Below, one piece after another: positions 24,889 through 35,247 of a DNA stretch of 39,470 nt. Within the stretch, counting starts at the first letter, position 1, and each line of letters opens with the position of its first letter. The notes under the pieces are model-generated. The model was not told the origin of the DNA and ran no database searches. It was given only the letters and a program-made list of their open reading frames with translations. The position numbers and the translations under genes were made by a program. The stretch covers positions 1 to 39,470 of the forward strand of contig CBFDTP010000003.1 in the NCBI GenBank assembly GCA_965612975.1, read 5' to 3'. Source of the stretch: an uncultured Dehalococcoidia bacterium (lineage in GTDB: Bacteria; Chloroflexota; Dehalococcoidia; SZUA-161; SpSt-899).

Positions 24889-27196
24889 GTTCGGAATAGG
24901 CACCAAGAAGCTGGCTAAGGTGACCGTTCGGGGGGTGGTCCAGGGCGTAGGGTTCCGGCCCTTCGTATACCGCCTGGCTCACAAACATGGGCTCACCGGC
25001 TGGGTGCGCAACACCTCCGAGAGCGTGGAGATCGAGGCTGAAGGGGAAGAATGGCGTCTTTGCGCCTTTGTGGAGGAGCTCCGGTCAAAGGTACCCCCGA
25101 TGGCCAGCATCGAGACCCTGGAGGTCTCCCTCTCCGAGCCCCAGGGTTACACCGCCTTCGAGATCCGGGGGAGCAAGACAAAAGAGGGGAAATACCAGCT
25201 CGTCTCCCCCGACATCGCCACCTGCCGGGATTGCCTGCGGGAGATCTTTGACCCCCAAGATCGACGCTACCGCTACCCCTTCACCAACTGCACCAACTGC
25301 GGGCCGAGGTTTACCATCATCGAGGACATTCCCTACGATCGTCCTCGAACCACCATGAAGAAGTTCAAGATGTGCCCGCAATGTCAGGAGGAATATGAGA
25401 ATCCGCTTGACCGACGGTTTCATGCCCAGCCAAACGCCTGCCCCAGGTGTGGGCCGAGCTTGGAACTGGTAACCAGCAAAGGCGCTCCGGTCGCCAGCGA
25501 TGACGTCATCTCGACCGCGGCCCGAATCTTAAAAGAGGGCCGGATATTGGCCATAAAGGGACTGGGTGGCTTCCACCTGGCCTGTGATGCCACCAATTCA
25601 GAGGCAGTTAGCCTTCTGCGGGAAAGGAAGCACCGCCCGGCCAAGCCTCTGGCGGTGATGATGAGCATGCTCGAGGAGATCAAGGAGCACTGCGTGGTAC
25701 TGCCCAAGGAGGAGAGGCTCTTACTTTCTCCTCAGTGTCCCATCGTGCTGCTGAAATGGAAGAAGGAGGAATCCTCAGTCTGCGAGGAAGTAGCTCCGGC
25801 GCTGAAGTACCTCGGAGTAATGCTTCCCTACACCCCCTTGCATCACCTGCTCTTGAGGGAAGCCGGAATTCCCCTGGTAATGACCAGCGGCAATATAAGC
25901 GAGGAGCCCATCGCCAAGGACAACGATGAGGCGCTGCATCGTCTGGGGCACATTGCGGATTACTTCCTGCTCCACAACCGCGACATTTATGCCAAGTATG
26001 ACGACAGCGTGACCTTCGTTGAGGAGGGCACAAGATTGATTCGTCGGGCCCGCGGCTATGCCCCTTATCCCATCATTCTGCCCTTCAAGGCCAAGCAGGT
26101 CCTGGCCTGTGGAGCAGAGCTGAAGAACACCTTCTGCCTGACGCGGGAGCAGCATGCCTTCTTGAGCCAGCACATCGGCGACCTGGAGAACGAGGAAACC
26201 CTGGAGCACTTTGAGCGAACGGTGGAGCTTTACCAGAAGCTCTTCCGCATTCGGCCGGAGGTCATAGCCTATGACCTTCATCCGGAATATCTTTCCACCA
26301 AATATGCCTTGAGCCTGAAATCTCAAGGTGATTACCGGCTTGTTGCGGTACAGCATCACCATGCCCACATCGTGAGCTGCCTGGCGGAGAACGGAACTGA
26401 TGGACCGGTCATCGGGGTGGCCCTAGACGGCACCGGGTACGGCTCAGACGGTGCCATCTGGGGTGGGGAGTTTCTGCTGGCCGACTACCGCGGATTCGAG
26501 AGGCTGGGGCATCTGGAGTATGTGCCTCTGCCCGGGGGGGAGGCGGCTATAAGAAAGCCCTACCGGATGGCACTGAGCTACCTTTTCCATTCGCTGGGCC
26601 AAGAGGTCTCCCTCGAAGGGCTACCTCTTTTAAGTCAGCTCTCCCCGGCCGAGGTTGAGGTGGTCCGACTTCAGGTACAGCGCGGAATAAATTCTCCGCC
26701 CACCTCCAGCATGGGGCGGCTTTTCGATGCGGTCTCGGCGCTCATCGGGGTGAGGGGAGTGATGGACTACGAAGCTCAGGCGGCGGTAGAACTGGAGATG
26801 CTGGCTCCCGATGGAGCGGAGGGAATGGAGCTGGAACCGTACCCGTTCTCCATCGTTGAGGAGGATGGGTGCCGGGTGGTAAGGCTCGGCGAGCTGATCC
26901 GGGCCGTGGTTCAGGAAATAAGAAGTGGGGTTCCATCTTCGCTTATCTCAGCCCGTTTCCACCGCACAGTGGCCGAGCTAATCTTGCAGCTCTGCCGGTT
27001 GATCTCTCGGGATACGGGGGTAAAGCAGGTGGCCTTGAGCGGTGGGGTTTTCCAGAACCGCCTGCTTTTCCGGCTGTCCACGAGGTTGCTGAAGCAAGCC
27101 GGATTCGAAGTCCTTACCCACCGAGCCGTGCCCTGTAATGATGGCGGTGTTTCCCTTGGCCAGGCAGTGGTGGCCAACTTCAAGCAGGAGGATTAA
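24866..27196 (+). CDS. hypF: Carbamoyltransferase HypF
   Basis: GVVQGVGFRPF, Zn fingers, KGLGGFH, QHHHAH, NDGGVSLGQ. Confidence 0.97.
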   Translation: MGKLRPVEFGIGTKKLAKVTVRGVVQGVGFRPFVYRLAHKHGLTGWVRNTSESVEIEAEGEEWRLCAFVEELRSKVPPMASIETLEVSLSEPQGYTAFEIRGSKTKEGKYQLVSPDIATCRDCLREIFDPQDRRYRYPFTNCTNCGPRFTIIEDIPYDRPRTTMKKFKMCPQCQEEYENPLDRRFHAQPNACPRCGPSLELVTSKGAPVASDDVISTAARILKEGRILAIKGLGGFHLACDATNSEAVSLLRERKHRPAKPLAVMMSMLEEIKEHCVVLPKEERLLLSPQCPIVLLKWKKEESSVCEEVAPALKYLGVMLPYTPLHHLLLREAGIPLVMTSGNISEEPIAKDNDEALHRLGHIADYFLLHNRDIYAKYDDSVTFVEEGTRLIRRARGYAPYPIILPFKAKQVLACGAELKNTFCLTREQHAFLSQHIGDLENEETLEHFERTVELYQKLFRIRPEVIAYDLHPEYLSTKYALSLKSQGDYRLVAVQHHHAHIVSCLAENGTDGPVIGVALDGTGYGSDGAIWGGEFLLADYRGFERLGHLEYVPLPGGEAAIRKPYRMALSYLFHSLGQEVSLEGLPLLSQLSPAEVEVVRLQVQRGINSPPTSSMGRLFDAVSALIGVRGVMDYEAQAAVELEMLAPDGAEGMELEPYPFSIVEEDGCRVVRLGELIRAVVQEIRSGVPSSLISARFHRTVAELILQLCRLISRDTGVKQVALSGGVFQNRLLFRLSTRLLKQAGFEVLTHRAVPCNDGGVSLGQAVVANFKQED

Positions 27197-27198
27197 AG

Positions 27199-27423
27199 GT
27201 GTGTCTGGCAATTCCGGCGAGGATAGTGTCCATCCAGGGTCAGGAAGCTGAGGCGGAGATAGGAGGAATCACCCGGAAGATAAGCCTGGCCCTCACCCCG
27301 GAGGCTCAGGTGGGGGACTACGTGTTGCTGCACACCGGGTATGCCATAGCCGTTGTCGACCAGGAGGAAGCCGAGGAGACGCTTAGGCTGCTGGAGGAAA
27401 TAGCCGAGTTCTCGGAAATGTAG
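27199..27423 (+). CDS. hypC: HypC
   Basis: MCLAIP, GDYVLLHTGYA. Confidence 0.96.
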   Translation: MCLAIPARIVSIQGQEAEAEIGGITRKISLALTPEAQVGDYVLLHTGYAIAVVDQEEAEETLRLLEEIAEFSEM

Positions 27424-27427
27424 TCGG

Positions 27428-28519
27428 ATGAAGTTCATCGATGAGTTCCGCCGCTTGGAGCTTGCTCAGGGGTTGGCTGGCCGAATCCGCCAAAACTCCA
27501 AAAGACGTGCCCGCTTCATGGAATTCTGTGGCGGGCACACGGTGACCATCCTGAAGCACGGGATTCGCCAGCTTCTTCCCCCCACCATTGAGATGCTCTC
27601 CGGCCCTGGATGCCCGGTTTGCGTCACCGACAATGCCGACCTGGACAAGGCCATTGCCCTGGCATGTATCCCCGGCGTGATCCTGGTCACCTTCGGCGAC
27701 ATGCTTAAAGTGCCCGGAAGCCGTTCCAGCCTTCAGAAGGCCAAGGCCGAGGGAGCCGACGTGCGGATAGTCTACTCCAGCCTGGATGCCTTGGAGCTTG
27801 CCCGACAGAATCCCGATAAGAAGGTGGTCTTCCTCGGCATTGGCTTTGAGACCACCGCTCCCGGGATTGCCGCCTCTATTCTACAGGCAGAGCAAGAGGG
27901 ACTTAAGAACTTTTACGTTCTCTCCTTACACAAGCTGTGCCCGCCGGTGATAAGGGCCTTGCTCGACTCCGGCGAGGTAAGGCTGCACGGTTTTATCCTG
28001 CCGGGGCATGTAAGCGCCATCATAGGATCTAAGGCCTGGGAGTTTCTGGCCAAGGATTACGGCATTCCCGGGGTGGTCTCCGGATTTGAGCCCTTGGATG
28101 TGCTGCAGGGCGTGGACATGCTGGTCTCCCAGGTCGAAAATGGGGAGTCGAGGGTGGAGATCGCCTACCGACGGGGGGTAAAGCCCGAGGGGAACCTGAA
28201 GGCTCAGGAGTTGATGTACCGGGTGTTTGAGCCCTGCCCCGCCCGCTGGAGGGGGATTGGTGAGGTCCCCGATAGCGGACTCCGCCTTCGGCCGGAGTTT
28301 GCCCGGTTTGATGCCGAGCTCGTCTTCTCCCCCGACCCCGGCCCCACCTTGGAGCCGAAGGGGTGTATCTGCGGAGACATCCTTCGCGGGGTTAAGACCC
28401 CCAGGGAGTGTTGCCTCTTTGCCCGGGTCTGCACCCCGGAGAATCCGGTGGGACCCTGCATGGTTTCCTCCGAGGGCAGTTGCGCCGCTTACTACCTCTA
28501 TGGGCCGGACGATGAGTGA
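27428..28519 (+). CDS. hypD: HypD
   Basis: CGGHT, GPGCPVC, GFETT, PGHVS, CMVSSEGSC. Confidence 0.97.
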   Translation: MKFIDEFRRLELAQGLAGRIRQNSKRRARFMEFCGGHTVTILKHGIRQLLPPTIEMLSGPGCPVCVTDNADLDKAIALACIPGVILVTFGDMLKVPGSRSSLQKAKAEGADVRIVYSSLDALELARQNPDKKVVFLGIGFETTAPGIAASILQAEQEGLKNFYVLSLHKLCPPVIRALLDSGEVRLHGFILPGHVSAIIGSKAWEFLAKDYGIPGVVSGFEPLDVLQGVDMLVSQVENGESRVEIAYRRGVKPEGNLKAQELMYRVFEPCPARWRGIGEVPDSGLRLRPEFARFDAELVFSPDPGPTLEPKGCICGDILRGVKTPRECCLFARVCTPENPVGPCMVSSEGSCAAYYLYGPDDE

Positions 28520-29516
28520 GAGAATTTTGCTCGCCCATGGAAGCGGAGGAAAGCTGAGCCACGAGCTGGTGGAGAAGACCATGCTTCGTGCCTTTTTCAA
28601 CCCCTACCTTTCTAAACTCGATGATTCGGCCATCCTTGACCTCAGCGGGAGGCTGGCCTTCACCACCGACAGCTACGTGGTGGACCCCATCTTCTTTCCC
28701 GGCGGCGACATCGGAAAGCTGGCGGTGTGCGGCACGGTCAACGACCTGGCCATGGTCGGAGCCATCCCTCTTTACTTAAGCCTCTCCCTCATCATTGAGG
28801 AGGGATTTTCTCAGGATGACCTCCGGCGGATCCTTGACTCAGTAAGAAGGGCGGCCGAGGAGGCCGGGGTGGAAATCGTTACCGGAGACACCAAGGTAGT
28901 GCACCGGGGGAAGGCTGACGGGATTTTTATAAATACCGCCGGGCTGGGAGTGGTGCCCGAGGGGATAGAGATCTCCGGCTCCAATGCCCGACCGGGGGAC
29001 AAGGTCATCTTGAGCGGTCCCATAGGTGATCATGGGATCGCTGTGCTCAGCCGGCGTGAAGGCCTGAGCTTTTCCACCGAACTTGAGAGCGATGTGGCCC
29101 CGCTGAACAAGCTGGTGGCCCAGATGCTGGAGGCCTGCCCGAGGATACGCTGCCTGCGAGACCCCACCCGCGGTGGCCTGGCCACCACATTAAATGAGCT
29201 GGCCAAGCAATCCCGGGTGAGCATTCAGCTTGAGGAGGAAAAAATTCCGGTAAGGGAGGAGGTAAGGGCTGCCTGTGAGATGCTGGGCCTCGACCCTCTC
29301 TACGTGGCCAATGAGGGAAAGCTGGTGGCCATAGTTCCGGATTCGGATACCGCCACGGTACTCCACGTCATGCACCAGAATTCTTACGGCCGTGAGGCAG
29401 CCGTGATCGGTCAGGTGCGCCAGGAGCGACCGGGTAGAGTAACCCTCCGCACGAGGTTCGGTACCTCACGGATAGTTGATATGCTGACCGGGGACCCCCT
29501 GCCGCGGATCTGTTAA
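28512..29516 (+). CDS. hypE: HypE
   Basis: HGSGG, DPTRGG, C-terminal PRIC; start moved to ATG 28512. Confidence 0.96.
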   Translation: MSERILLAHGSGGKLSHELVEKTMLRAFFNPYLSKLDDSAILDLSGRLAFTTDSYVVDPIFFPGGDIGKLAVCGTVNDLAMVGAIPLYLSLSLIIEEGFSQDDLRRILDSVRRAAEEAGVEIVTGDTKVVHRGKADGIFINTAGLGVVPEGIEISGSNARPGDKVILSGPIGDHGIAVLSRREGLSFSTELESDVAPLNKLVAQMLEACPRIRCLRDPTRGGLATTLNELAKQSRVSIQLEEEKIPVREEVRAACEMLGLDPLYVANEGKLVAIVPDSDTATVLHVMHQNSYGREAAVIGQVRQERPGRVTLRTRFGTSRIVDMLTGDPLPRIC

Positions 29517-29539
29517 GTAAACCCCAATTTTAAAAAATT

Positions 29540-30001
29540 TTAGGAAACTCTCTCTAGCTCTCGGAGCACGAGCTCAACTACCTGAGGGATGGCCGCCTCA
29601 ACCTGTGGGGTACACTCTTCCGAAAAGCTGGAGACATCTTCTGCCTCCACGGCAAAGATGAGGATTTCCTTCGGTTGGGGCAAGCCGAGCGCTTCCCCCA
29701 GCTTTACAACCGTGGGCAGGTCAATGCCGTGGGAGAGGACAAGACTAGAATAGGGTGAAAGATCCGAAAGGCTTAACTTATGTACCTCACCAGGCAAACC
29801 TTCGCCACTGACGATGGCATCAACGATGATCACCCGGTCGTAGCCAGTAACTATCTCAAGAAGGTCAAGCCCCGATGTAGCAGCTTCCAGAACTTCTGCC
29901 TCTGCTGGAATTTCTTTCTCACGCAGACTTCTAACTACCCAAATCCCCACCCCATCGTCACAGCGAAGGGGATTTCCCAGCCCTAGGACAAGGGTCTTCA
30001 C
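29540..30001 (-). CDS. Hydrogenase maturation endopeptidase (HyaD/HycI family)
   Basis: GLGNPLRCDDGVG, IIVDA, SHG. Confidence 0.93.
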   Translation of the reverse strand: MKTLVLGLGNPLRCDDGVGIWVVRSLREKEIPAEAEVLEAATSGLDLLEIVTGYDRVIIVDAIVSGEGLPGEVHKLSLSDLSPYSSLVLSHGIDLPTVVKLGEALGLPQPKEILIFAVEAEDVSSFSEECTPQVEAAIPQVVELVLRELERVS

Positions 30002-30006
30002 ATCGA

Positions 30007-30231
30007 CTATTGGACGGCGACTACTTCCTTTACCTCAGGTACCTGTTCCTTAAGTATCCGTTCAATGCCGGCCTTGAGGGTTATGGTGGAAAAGGGACAA
30101 GCTCCACAGGCGCCGGTTAGCCTGAGCTTCACTATCCCGCTTTCATCTATGTCCACCAGCTCCACGTCTCCCCCATCAGCCAGCAGGCTTGGCCTTATCT
30201 TCGCCAGTACCGCCTCTACCTTCTCCCGCAC
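30007..30231 (-). CDS. NifU C-terminal (Nfu) Fe-S carrier
   Basis: [21 protein letters not shown]; GTG start after AGGAGG. Confidence 0.93.
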   Translation of the reverse strand: MREKVEAVLAKIRPSLLADGGDVELVDIDESGIVKLRLTGACGACPFSTITLKAGIERILKEQVPEVKEVVAVQ

Positions 30232-30279
30232 TCTTCCTCCTTCTTGACATTGATTCTTGAGCACAAAGCTCCAATTTAT

Positions 30280-30308
30280 ACTTTACCCTAGAGCGTGACC
30301 GATTTCAA
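30280..30308 (-). promoter_or_regulatory. Putative promoter for nfu and the protease
   Basis: TTGAAA-17-TAAAGT on the minus strand. Confidence 0.45.
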
Positions 30309-30348
30309 ATTTATCCTTTAAGGCTTTGGGTGCTCTCCAGATTAACAT

Positions 30349-30374
30349 GGGGAGGGTGCGACCTGCCCCTCCCC
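30349..30374 (-). terminator. GC-rich hairpin downstream of mvhA
   Basis: GGGGAGGG..CCCTCCCC stem; nearby 14-bp palindrome TGCCTCATGAGGCA (30380-30393). Confidence 0.5.
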
Positions 30375-30405
30375 GACGTTGCCTCATGAGGCATTACTTT
30401 GGCAC

Positions 30406-31869
30406 TTATAGGTGGCGGAAGAGCCTTTTCACCTCGTTTCCGCTCTGGTCCCGAACGATGATCTCCAGTGGCATCTGGCCGGGCAGGGCATGGGTGGCAC
30501 AGGCATGACAGGGGTCATAGGCCCGGAAGGCCATCTCCACCATGTTGAGCAGGCCCTCGGAGATTTCTCCATTCTTTATCAGAGATCTGGCCGCCTTGTC
30601 TACGGACATATTTATGGCAGCGGAGTTATTCTGCGTGGCCACAATGAGGTTTACCTTGGTGAGCACGCCCCTTTCGTCCGTTTGGTAATGGTGAATCAGG
30701 GTTCCGCGAGGTGCTTCCACCACCCCCATTCCCTCCTTCGGGGTGGTGGTGGGCAGGTTCACTATGTCGGGCGAGGTTAGCTCCGGGTCTCGGGCCAGTT
30801 CTAAAACCCTCTCTGCAGCGTAGAGGGCCTCAATTAACCTCGCCCAGTGGTAAGCGAGCGTGTTGTGAACCGGTTTCTCGCCAAAGGTCTCGTACATCTT
30901 CTGGTAAGCTTCCTGGGCCAGCGGCGTGGCCATCCCATCAGCGGCATTGAGCCGAGCCAGCGGAGCCACCCGATAGATGGAGGTGTCGTCCCCATCTATA
31001 AACCCCCTCCAGCCGAGCTTCTTCAGGTAGGAGAACCTCACGTAGGTCCAGGGCTCCACATGCTCAGCGATGTGGTCCAGGTAGTCCTGTACCCTGAACT
31101 TGGCGAACTCCTTACCGTTGGGGTCAACCACTCGAATCAATCCGTCATAGAAGTTTACCTTGTTCTCTCCATCAACCAGCCCCATGTAGTAAGTGCGGTG
31201 CTTGTAAATGTCTCCGGTAACGAGGTCCAAATATTCCTTATTTTGCAGCACAATCTGGTCGAAGACCTCCAGGGCGAACTTGCAGAAATCCACCGCATAT
31301 TCGCCGGCTTGAATGATCGTCTCTCGTTCCTCCTCGCTTATCTGCTTGGAGACCCCTCCAGGAAGTCCGCAGGTAGGCATCACTGGCTTACCGCCGATTA
31401 TCCGCAGCACATTTCTGAGCCTCTTTCTCATCTCGATCACGCGGCTTCCTGCCTCCAGCCCCACCTTCCCGATAACCCCCAGGATGTTTCTCTCAGCCGC
31501 GGGGGCCTGAGGACCAACCACGAAATCCGGTCCCCCCAGGAAGAAGAAGTGAAGGATGTGATCCTCGGCCTGGAAGGCGCAGTACATGAGTTCCCTGATC
31601 TTCTTGGCGGCCGAGGGTGGGTCAACCTTGAAGAGGTCGTCTAGGGTCTTAGTGGCTGCCATATGATGGGCGGTGGGGCAAACCCCGCAGATCATGGTCG
31701 TTATCCGGGGCATCTCCTCCGCCGGCCTTCCCACGGAGAACTTTTCGAACCCGCGGAGCTCGGGAATCTGAAAGAAGGCCCGCTGGCAGCGTCCGGCATC
31801 GTCCAGGAAGATCTCTATCTTGCCATGTCCCTCAAGCCTGGTTATCGGGTCTATAGTTACCTTTTTCAT
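30406..31869 (-). CDS. mvhA: [NiFe] hydrogenase large subunit, MvhA type (group 3c-like)
   Basis: ITRLEGHG, RGFE, ICGVC, EAPRG, YDPCHACATH plus cleavable tail; start ATG 31869. Confidence 0.93.
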   Translation of the reverse strand: MKKVTIDPITRLEGHGKIEIFLDDAGRCQRAFFQIPELRGFEKFSVGRPAEEMPRITTMICGVCPTAHHMAATKTLDDLFKVDPPSAAKKIRELMYCAFQAEDHILHFFFLGGPDFVVGPQAPAAERNILGVIGKVGLEAGSRVIEMRKRLRNVLRIIGGKPVMPTCGLPGGVSKQISEEERETIIQAGEYAVDFCKFALEVFDQIVLQNKEYLDLVTGDIYKHRTYYMGLVDGENKVNFYDGLIRVVDPNGKEFAKFRVQDYLDHIAEHVEPWTYVRFSYLKKLGWRGFIDGDDTSIYRVAPLARLNAADGMATPLAQEAYQKMYETFGEKPVHNTLAYHWARLIEALYAAERVLELARDPELTSPDIVNLPTTTPKEGMGVVEAPRGTLIHHYQTDERGVLTKVNLIVATQNNSAAINMSVDKAARSLIKNGEISEGLLNMVEMAFRAYDPCHACATHALPGQMPLEIIVRDQSGNEVKRLFRHL

Positions 31870-31889
31870 CCTTCCCCCTTTTGAAAGGC

Positions 31890-32867
31890 TTACATCCTCC
31901 TTCTTCTGAGGATGGAAGAAGGCAGGCTGAAGCGATAGAACGTCCCCGCCGGGTCTACCACGGTAGAAATGAGCTTCATTACCTCCTCCTCCGGGAGGCT
32001 TTTCTCCTCTTCCAGCCCCAGCAGGGAGGCGACCATCGAGAGTGCCCGAGCGCCCTGGTCTATCACCCCATCCACCGGTCCGAAGCACCCCCGACAGGGC
32101 ATGTTGGCCCGGATGCAGGTCTCTCCGCAGCCGGAGCGGGTGGCCGGGCCCATGCAGATAAGGCCCTGAGCCAGGAAGCACTTCTCCGGATCTATCTTTA
32201 TCTGCCAGGGTCGCTTGATCTCCTTTATGGAGAGCTTCTCCGGCTTAGAGTCAACCCGGGGGCAGGTGTCGCACAGGGCCTTCTTGGGGGCCAGCACCGC
32301 GCCCTTTTCCGGAAGTTCCCCCTTGAGGATGGCGGTTATGGCATTCATCACTAGATCCGGTGGAGGTGGGCAGCCGGGCAGGTAGTAATCTACTGGAATG
32401 GTCTGATCCAGGGTTTTCACGGTGTCGTAGAACTCGGGCAGGATGAGTTCGCCCTCCTCAACCTTCACCCTGGTTTGCGGAGTTACTCCCTCCGGATTCT
32501 CCACCGTTGGGGCTTCTTTGTAGACCCACTGGAAGATGGTTTCCCGGTTCCAGAAGTTACCCAGTCCGGGTATGCCCCCCAAATGAGCACAGGCTCCGAA
32601 GGCAACTACCAGCTTTGACTTCTGTCGGAGAAGCTTTACCATCTCCTCCTGCTCCTCCAGCCTCACAGCGCCGTTTATGAAGCTTACCGCTATCTCCCCA
32701 TCGGGCAGTGCCTCAATGTCCTTCCTTTTGAAGTCCAGGGCCACTGGCCAGAGGACGATATCCACGGCATCGGTCACCTTGAGGATGTCCTCATTAAGGT
32801 CAACCACCGTCTCCTCACACCCGCCGCACGAAGCGCACCAGTAAAAGGCTACTTTTGGCTTAGCCAT
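31890..32867 (-). CDS. mvhG: Hydrogenase small subunit MvhG
   Basis: CASCGGC, GACA, PGCPP, CMGPAT, PCRGCFG. Confidence 0.92.
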   Translation of the reverse strand: MAKPKVAFYWCASCGGCEETVVDLNEDILKVTDAVDIVLWPVALDFKRKDIEALPDGEIAVSFINGAVRLEEQEEMVKLLRQKSKLVVAFGACAHLGGIPGLGNFWNRETIFQWVYKEAPTVENPEGVTPQTRVKVEEGELILPEFYDTVKTLDQTIPVDYYLPGCPPPPDLVMNAITAILKGELPEKGAVLAPKKALCDTCPRVDSKPEKLSIKEIKRPWQIKIDPEKCFLAQGLICMGPATRSGCGETCIRANMPCRGCFGPVDGVIDQGARALSMVASLLGLEEEKSLPEEEVMKLISTVVDPAGTFYRFSLPSSILRRRRM

Positions 32868-32876
32868 TTCCACCTC

Positions 32877-33284
32877 CTAAGTCCTAATGGAAAGAGGACC
32901 GAGTTCTTTAATTTTCTCGGTCATCTCCTTCACAATGTGGGCGAAGCGGTCTCCTTCAGAGGCCGAGACCCAGTCAAGGCGAAGTCTCTCCTCCTCGACC
33001 CCCAGTTGCTTCAGCATTTCGCGAAGCAGGGTGACCCGGCGCAGGGCCTTATAATTTCCCTCCAGGTAATGACAATCTCCAGGGTGACAGCCGCAAATGA
33101 GCACCCCGTCTGCTCCAGAGGCAAAGGCCTTGAGAACGAAGAGAGGATCTACCCGTCCGCTACACATAACCCGGATCACTCGAACGTTGGGCGGATATTT
33201 AAGTCGCGAGGTTCCAGCTAAATCGGCCCCTGCATAGGAGCACCAGTTGCAAAGGAATCCGACGATCTTGGGCTCGAAATTCAT
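32877..33284 (-). CDS. mvhD: [2Fe-2S] subunit MvhD
   Basis: [31 protein letters not shown]. Confidence 0.96.
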   Translation of the reverse strand: MNFEPKIVGFLCNWCSYAGADLAGTSRLKYPPNVRVIRVMCSGRVDPLFVLKAFASGADGVLICGCHPGDCHYLEGNYKALRRVTLLREMLKQLGVEEERLRLDWVSASEGDRFAHIVKEMTEKIKELGPLSIRT

Positions 33285-35236
33285 ACCAGCACCCCCTCTA
33301 TTTGGGCCAGAATTCCCTCAGTGATAAACTGCCGGGCGGCGATGGCGCCCGAGGGACAGGCAGCGGCACAGGTACCACAGCCTTTGCAAAGGGCTTCGTT
33401 GACCACGGAGGTCTTTTTCTCCTCCTCGAAGGAAATGGCACCGAAGGGACAGAGCGGAATACAGGTCTTACAACCGGAACAAAGCTCTTCGTCAATCACT
33501 GCGGTGGCAGCCTCGATTTCCACCTTGCCGCGGCTGATAAGGGAAAGGGCTCGAGTAGCCGCCGCCGAGGCCTGGGCCACCGTGTCCGGGATGTCCTTTG
33601 GTCCTTGGCAGCACCCGGCGATGAAGATGCCGTCGGTCATGGTGGCCACGGGGTCCAGCTTGGGATGGCGTTCCAGGAAGAAGCCATCCTGGCTCTGAGT
33701 TATGGAAAAGGTGCGAGCTACCTCCTCCACATCCCGGCGAGGCTCCAGAGCGGTGCTCAACACCACCATATCCACCGGGACACGAACCAAATTCCCTAAG
33801 AGCGTATCCTCGGCACAGACGATGAGCTTGCCCTGCTCCTCCTCACTGATGGCCTGATCGGTAACCTGAGCCACCTTGCCCCGAATGAAGTTTACCCCTT
33901 CGTCCGAGAGGCGCTTGTAAAATTCCTCGAATCCTTTGCCGAAGCAACGCATGTCAATGTAAAACTGATATATTTCTGCCTCGGGGATCTTCTCCCTTAT
34001 CAGGTGGGAGAACTTGAGGGAGTACATGCAGCAAACCCGGGAGCAATATTCGTGATAGTTCTGATCCCGGCTGCCCACGCAGTGGATGATGGCCACGCTC
34101 TGAGGCCGCCGCCCGTCTCGTAGGATGATTTCCCCACCCGTCGGCCCAGCCGAATTACAGAGTCGCTCGAATTCCAGAGCGGTATAAACGTTGCCATACT
34201 TGCCATAACCATATTGAGTTATGGGAGTAGGATCAAAGACATCGTAGCCGGTGGCCAGAATGATCGCCCCTACCTCCACCTCCACCACCTCATCCTCTTG
34301 ATCGAAATTGATCGCCCCGGCCTCGCAGAACTTCTCACAGGCTCGGCAGGTGCCCTTGAGGAAATAGGCACAATGTTCTTTATCTATCACCGGGACGTTG
34401 GGAACGGCCTGGGGAAAGGGAGTGTAAATGGCCTTTCGCTGGGCCAGGCCGGCGTCGAACTCGCTTTCCACCTTCCAGGGGCACTTCTCCTGGCAGATAC
34501 CACACCCGGTACACTTGTCCATGTCTACATAGCGGGCCTTTTTCCTGATCTTTACCTTGAAGTTTCCAATAAACCCCGAGACCTCCTCTATCTCGCTCCA
34601 GGTGAAGAGGGTGATGAAGGGATGTGAGCCCACTGCACTCATCTTGGGGGTTAGGATACAGGCGGAGCAGTCCAGGGTGGGGAAGGTCTTGTCGAGCTGG
34701 ATCATATGCCCGCCGATGGAGGGCTCCCGCTCAACGAGATAGACCCGGTGTTCTGAATCGGCGATCTCCAGGGCTGCCTGGATTCCGGCGATGCCACCGC
34801 CAACGATGAGCGTGTTGGGATTAAAAGGCACCTCCCTAGCTTCCAGGGGCTGATGAAACCTCACCTTCTTCACCGCCGCGTTCACCAGGGCTTTGGCCTT
34901 CTCAGTGGTTCCATTTTCGTGCACCCAGCTATCATGTTCTCGAATGTTGGCCATCTCCAGAAGGTAGGGATTGAGTCCGGCCTCCTGGAGCACCCGGCGG
35001 AAAGTGGGCTCATGCATTCGTGGGGAGCAGGCAGCCACCACTACTCGGTTTAGCCCCAGCTCCGCTATATCATTCTTGATAAGGGCCTGCCCCGGGTCGG
35101 AGCACATAAACTTGTAGTTTCGGGCGACGACCACATCCTCCAGACCCTGGGCAAACTGGGTCACCGCTTCCACGTCAACCGTGCCCGCAATGTTTGCCCC
35201 ACAGTGGCAAATATAGACGCCTATCCTAGGTTCCAT
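33281..35236 (-). CDS. hdrA: Heterodisulfide reductase subunit A
   Basis: [37 protein letters not shown], inserted and C-terminal ferredoxin domains. Confidence 0.96.
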   Translation of the reverse strand: MEPRIGVYICHCGANIAGTVDVEAVTQFAQGLEDVVVARNYKFMCSDPGQALIKNDIAELGLNRVVVAACSPRMHEPTFRRVLQEAGLNPYLLEMANIREHDSWVHENGTTEKAKALVNAAVKKVRFHQPLEAREVPFNPNTLIVGGGIAGIQAALEIADSEHRVYLVEREPSIGGHMIQLDKTFPTLDCSACILTPKMSAVGSHPFITLFTWSEIEEVSGFIGNFKVKIRKKARYVDMDKCTGCGICQEKCPWKVESEFDAGLAQRKAIYTPFPQAVPNVPVIDKEHCAYFLKGTCRACEKFCEAGAINFDQEDEVVEVEVGAIILATGYDVFDPTPITQYGYGKYGNVYTALEFERLCNSAGPTGGEIILRDGRRPQSVAIIHCVGSRDQNYHEYCSRVCCMYSLKFSHLIREKIPEAEIYQFYIDMRCFGKGFEEFYKRLSDEGVNFIRGKVAQVTDQAISEEEQGKLIVCAEDTLLGNLVRVPVDMVVLSTALEPRRDVEEVARTFSITQSQDGFFLERHPKLDPVATMTDGIFIAGCCQGPKDIPDTVAQASAAATRALSLISRGKVEIEAATAVIDEELCSGCKTCIPLCPFGAISFEEEKKTSVVNEALCKGCGTCAAACPSGAIAARQFITEGILAQIEGVLV

Positions 35237-35247
35237 GTCCCCTCCGC

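Noticed and set aside
28227-28511. Long N-terminal extensions in the ORF track (HypE; also MvhA 31870-32181, sirtuin, MBL, HdrD-like)
   Set aside because: They overlap neighbours or promoters; downstream starts match family N-termini and mostly have an RBS
30406-35236. Selenocysteine versions of HdrA, MvhD, MvhA
   Set aside because: The usual Sec positions are Cys codons and the frames are uninterrupted
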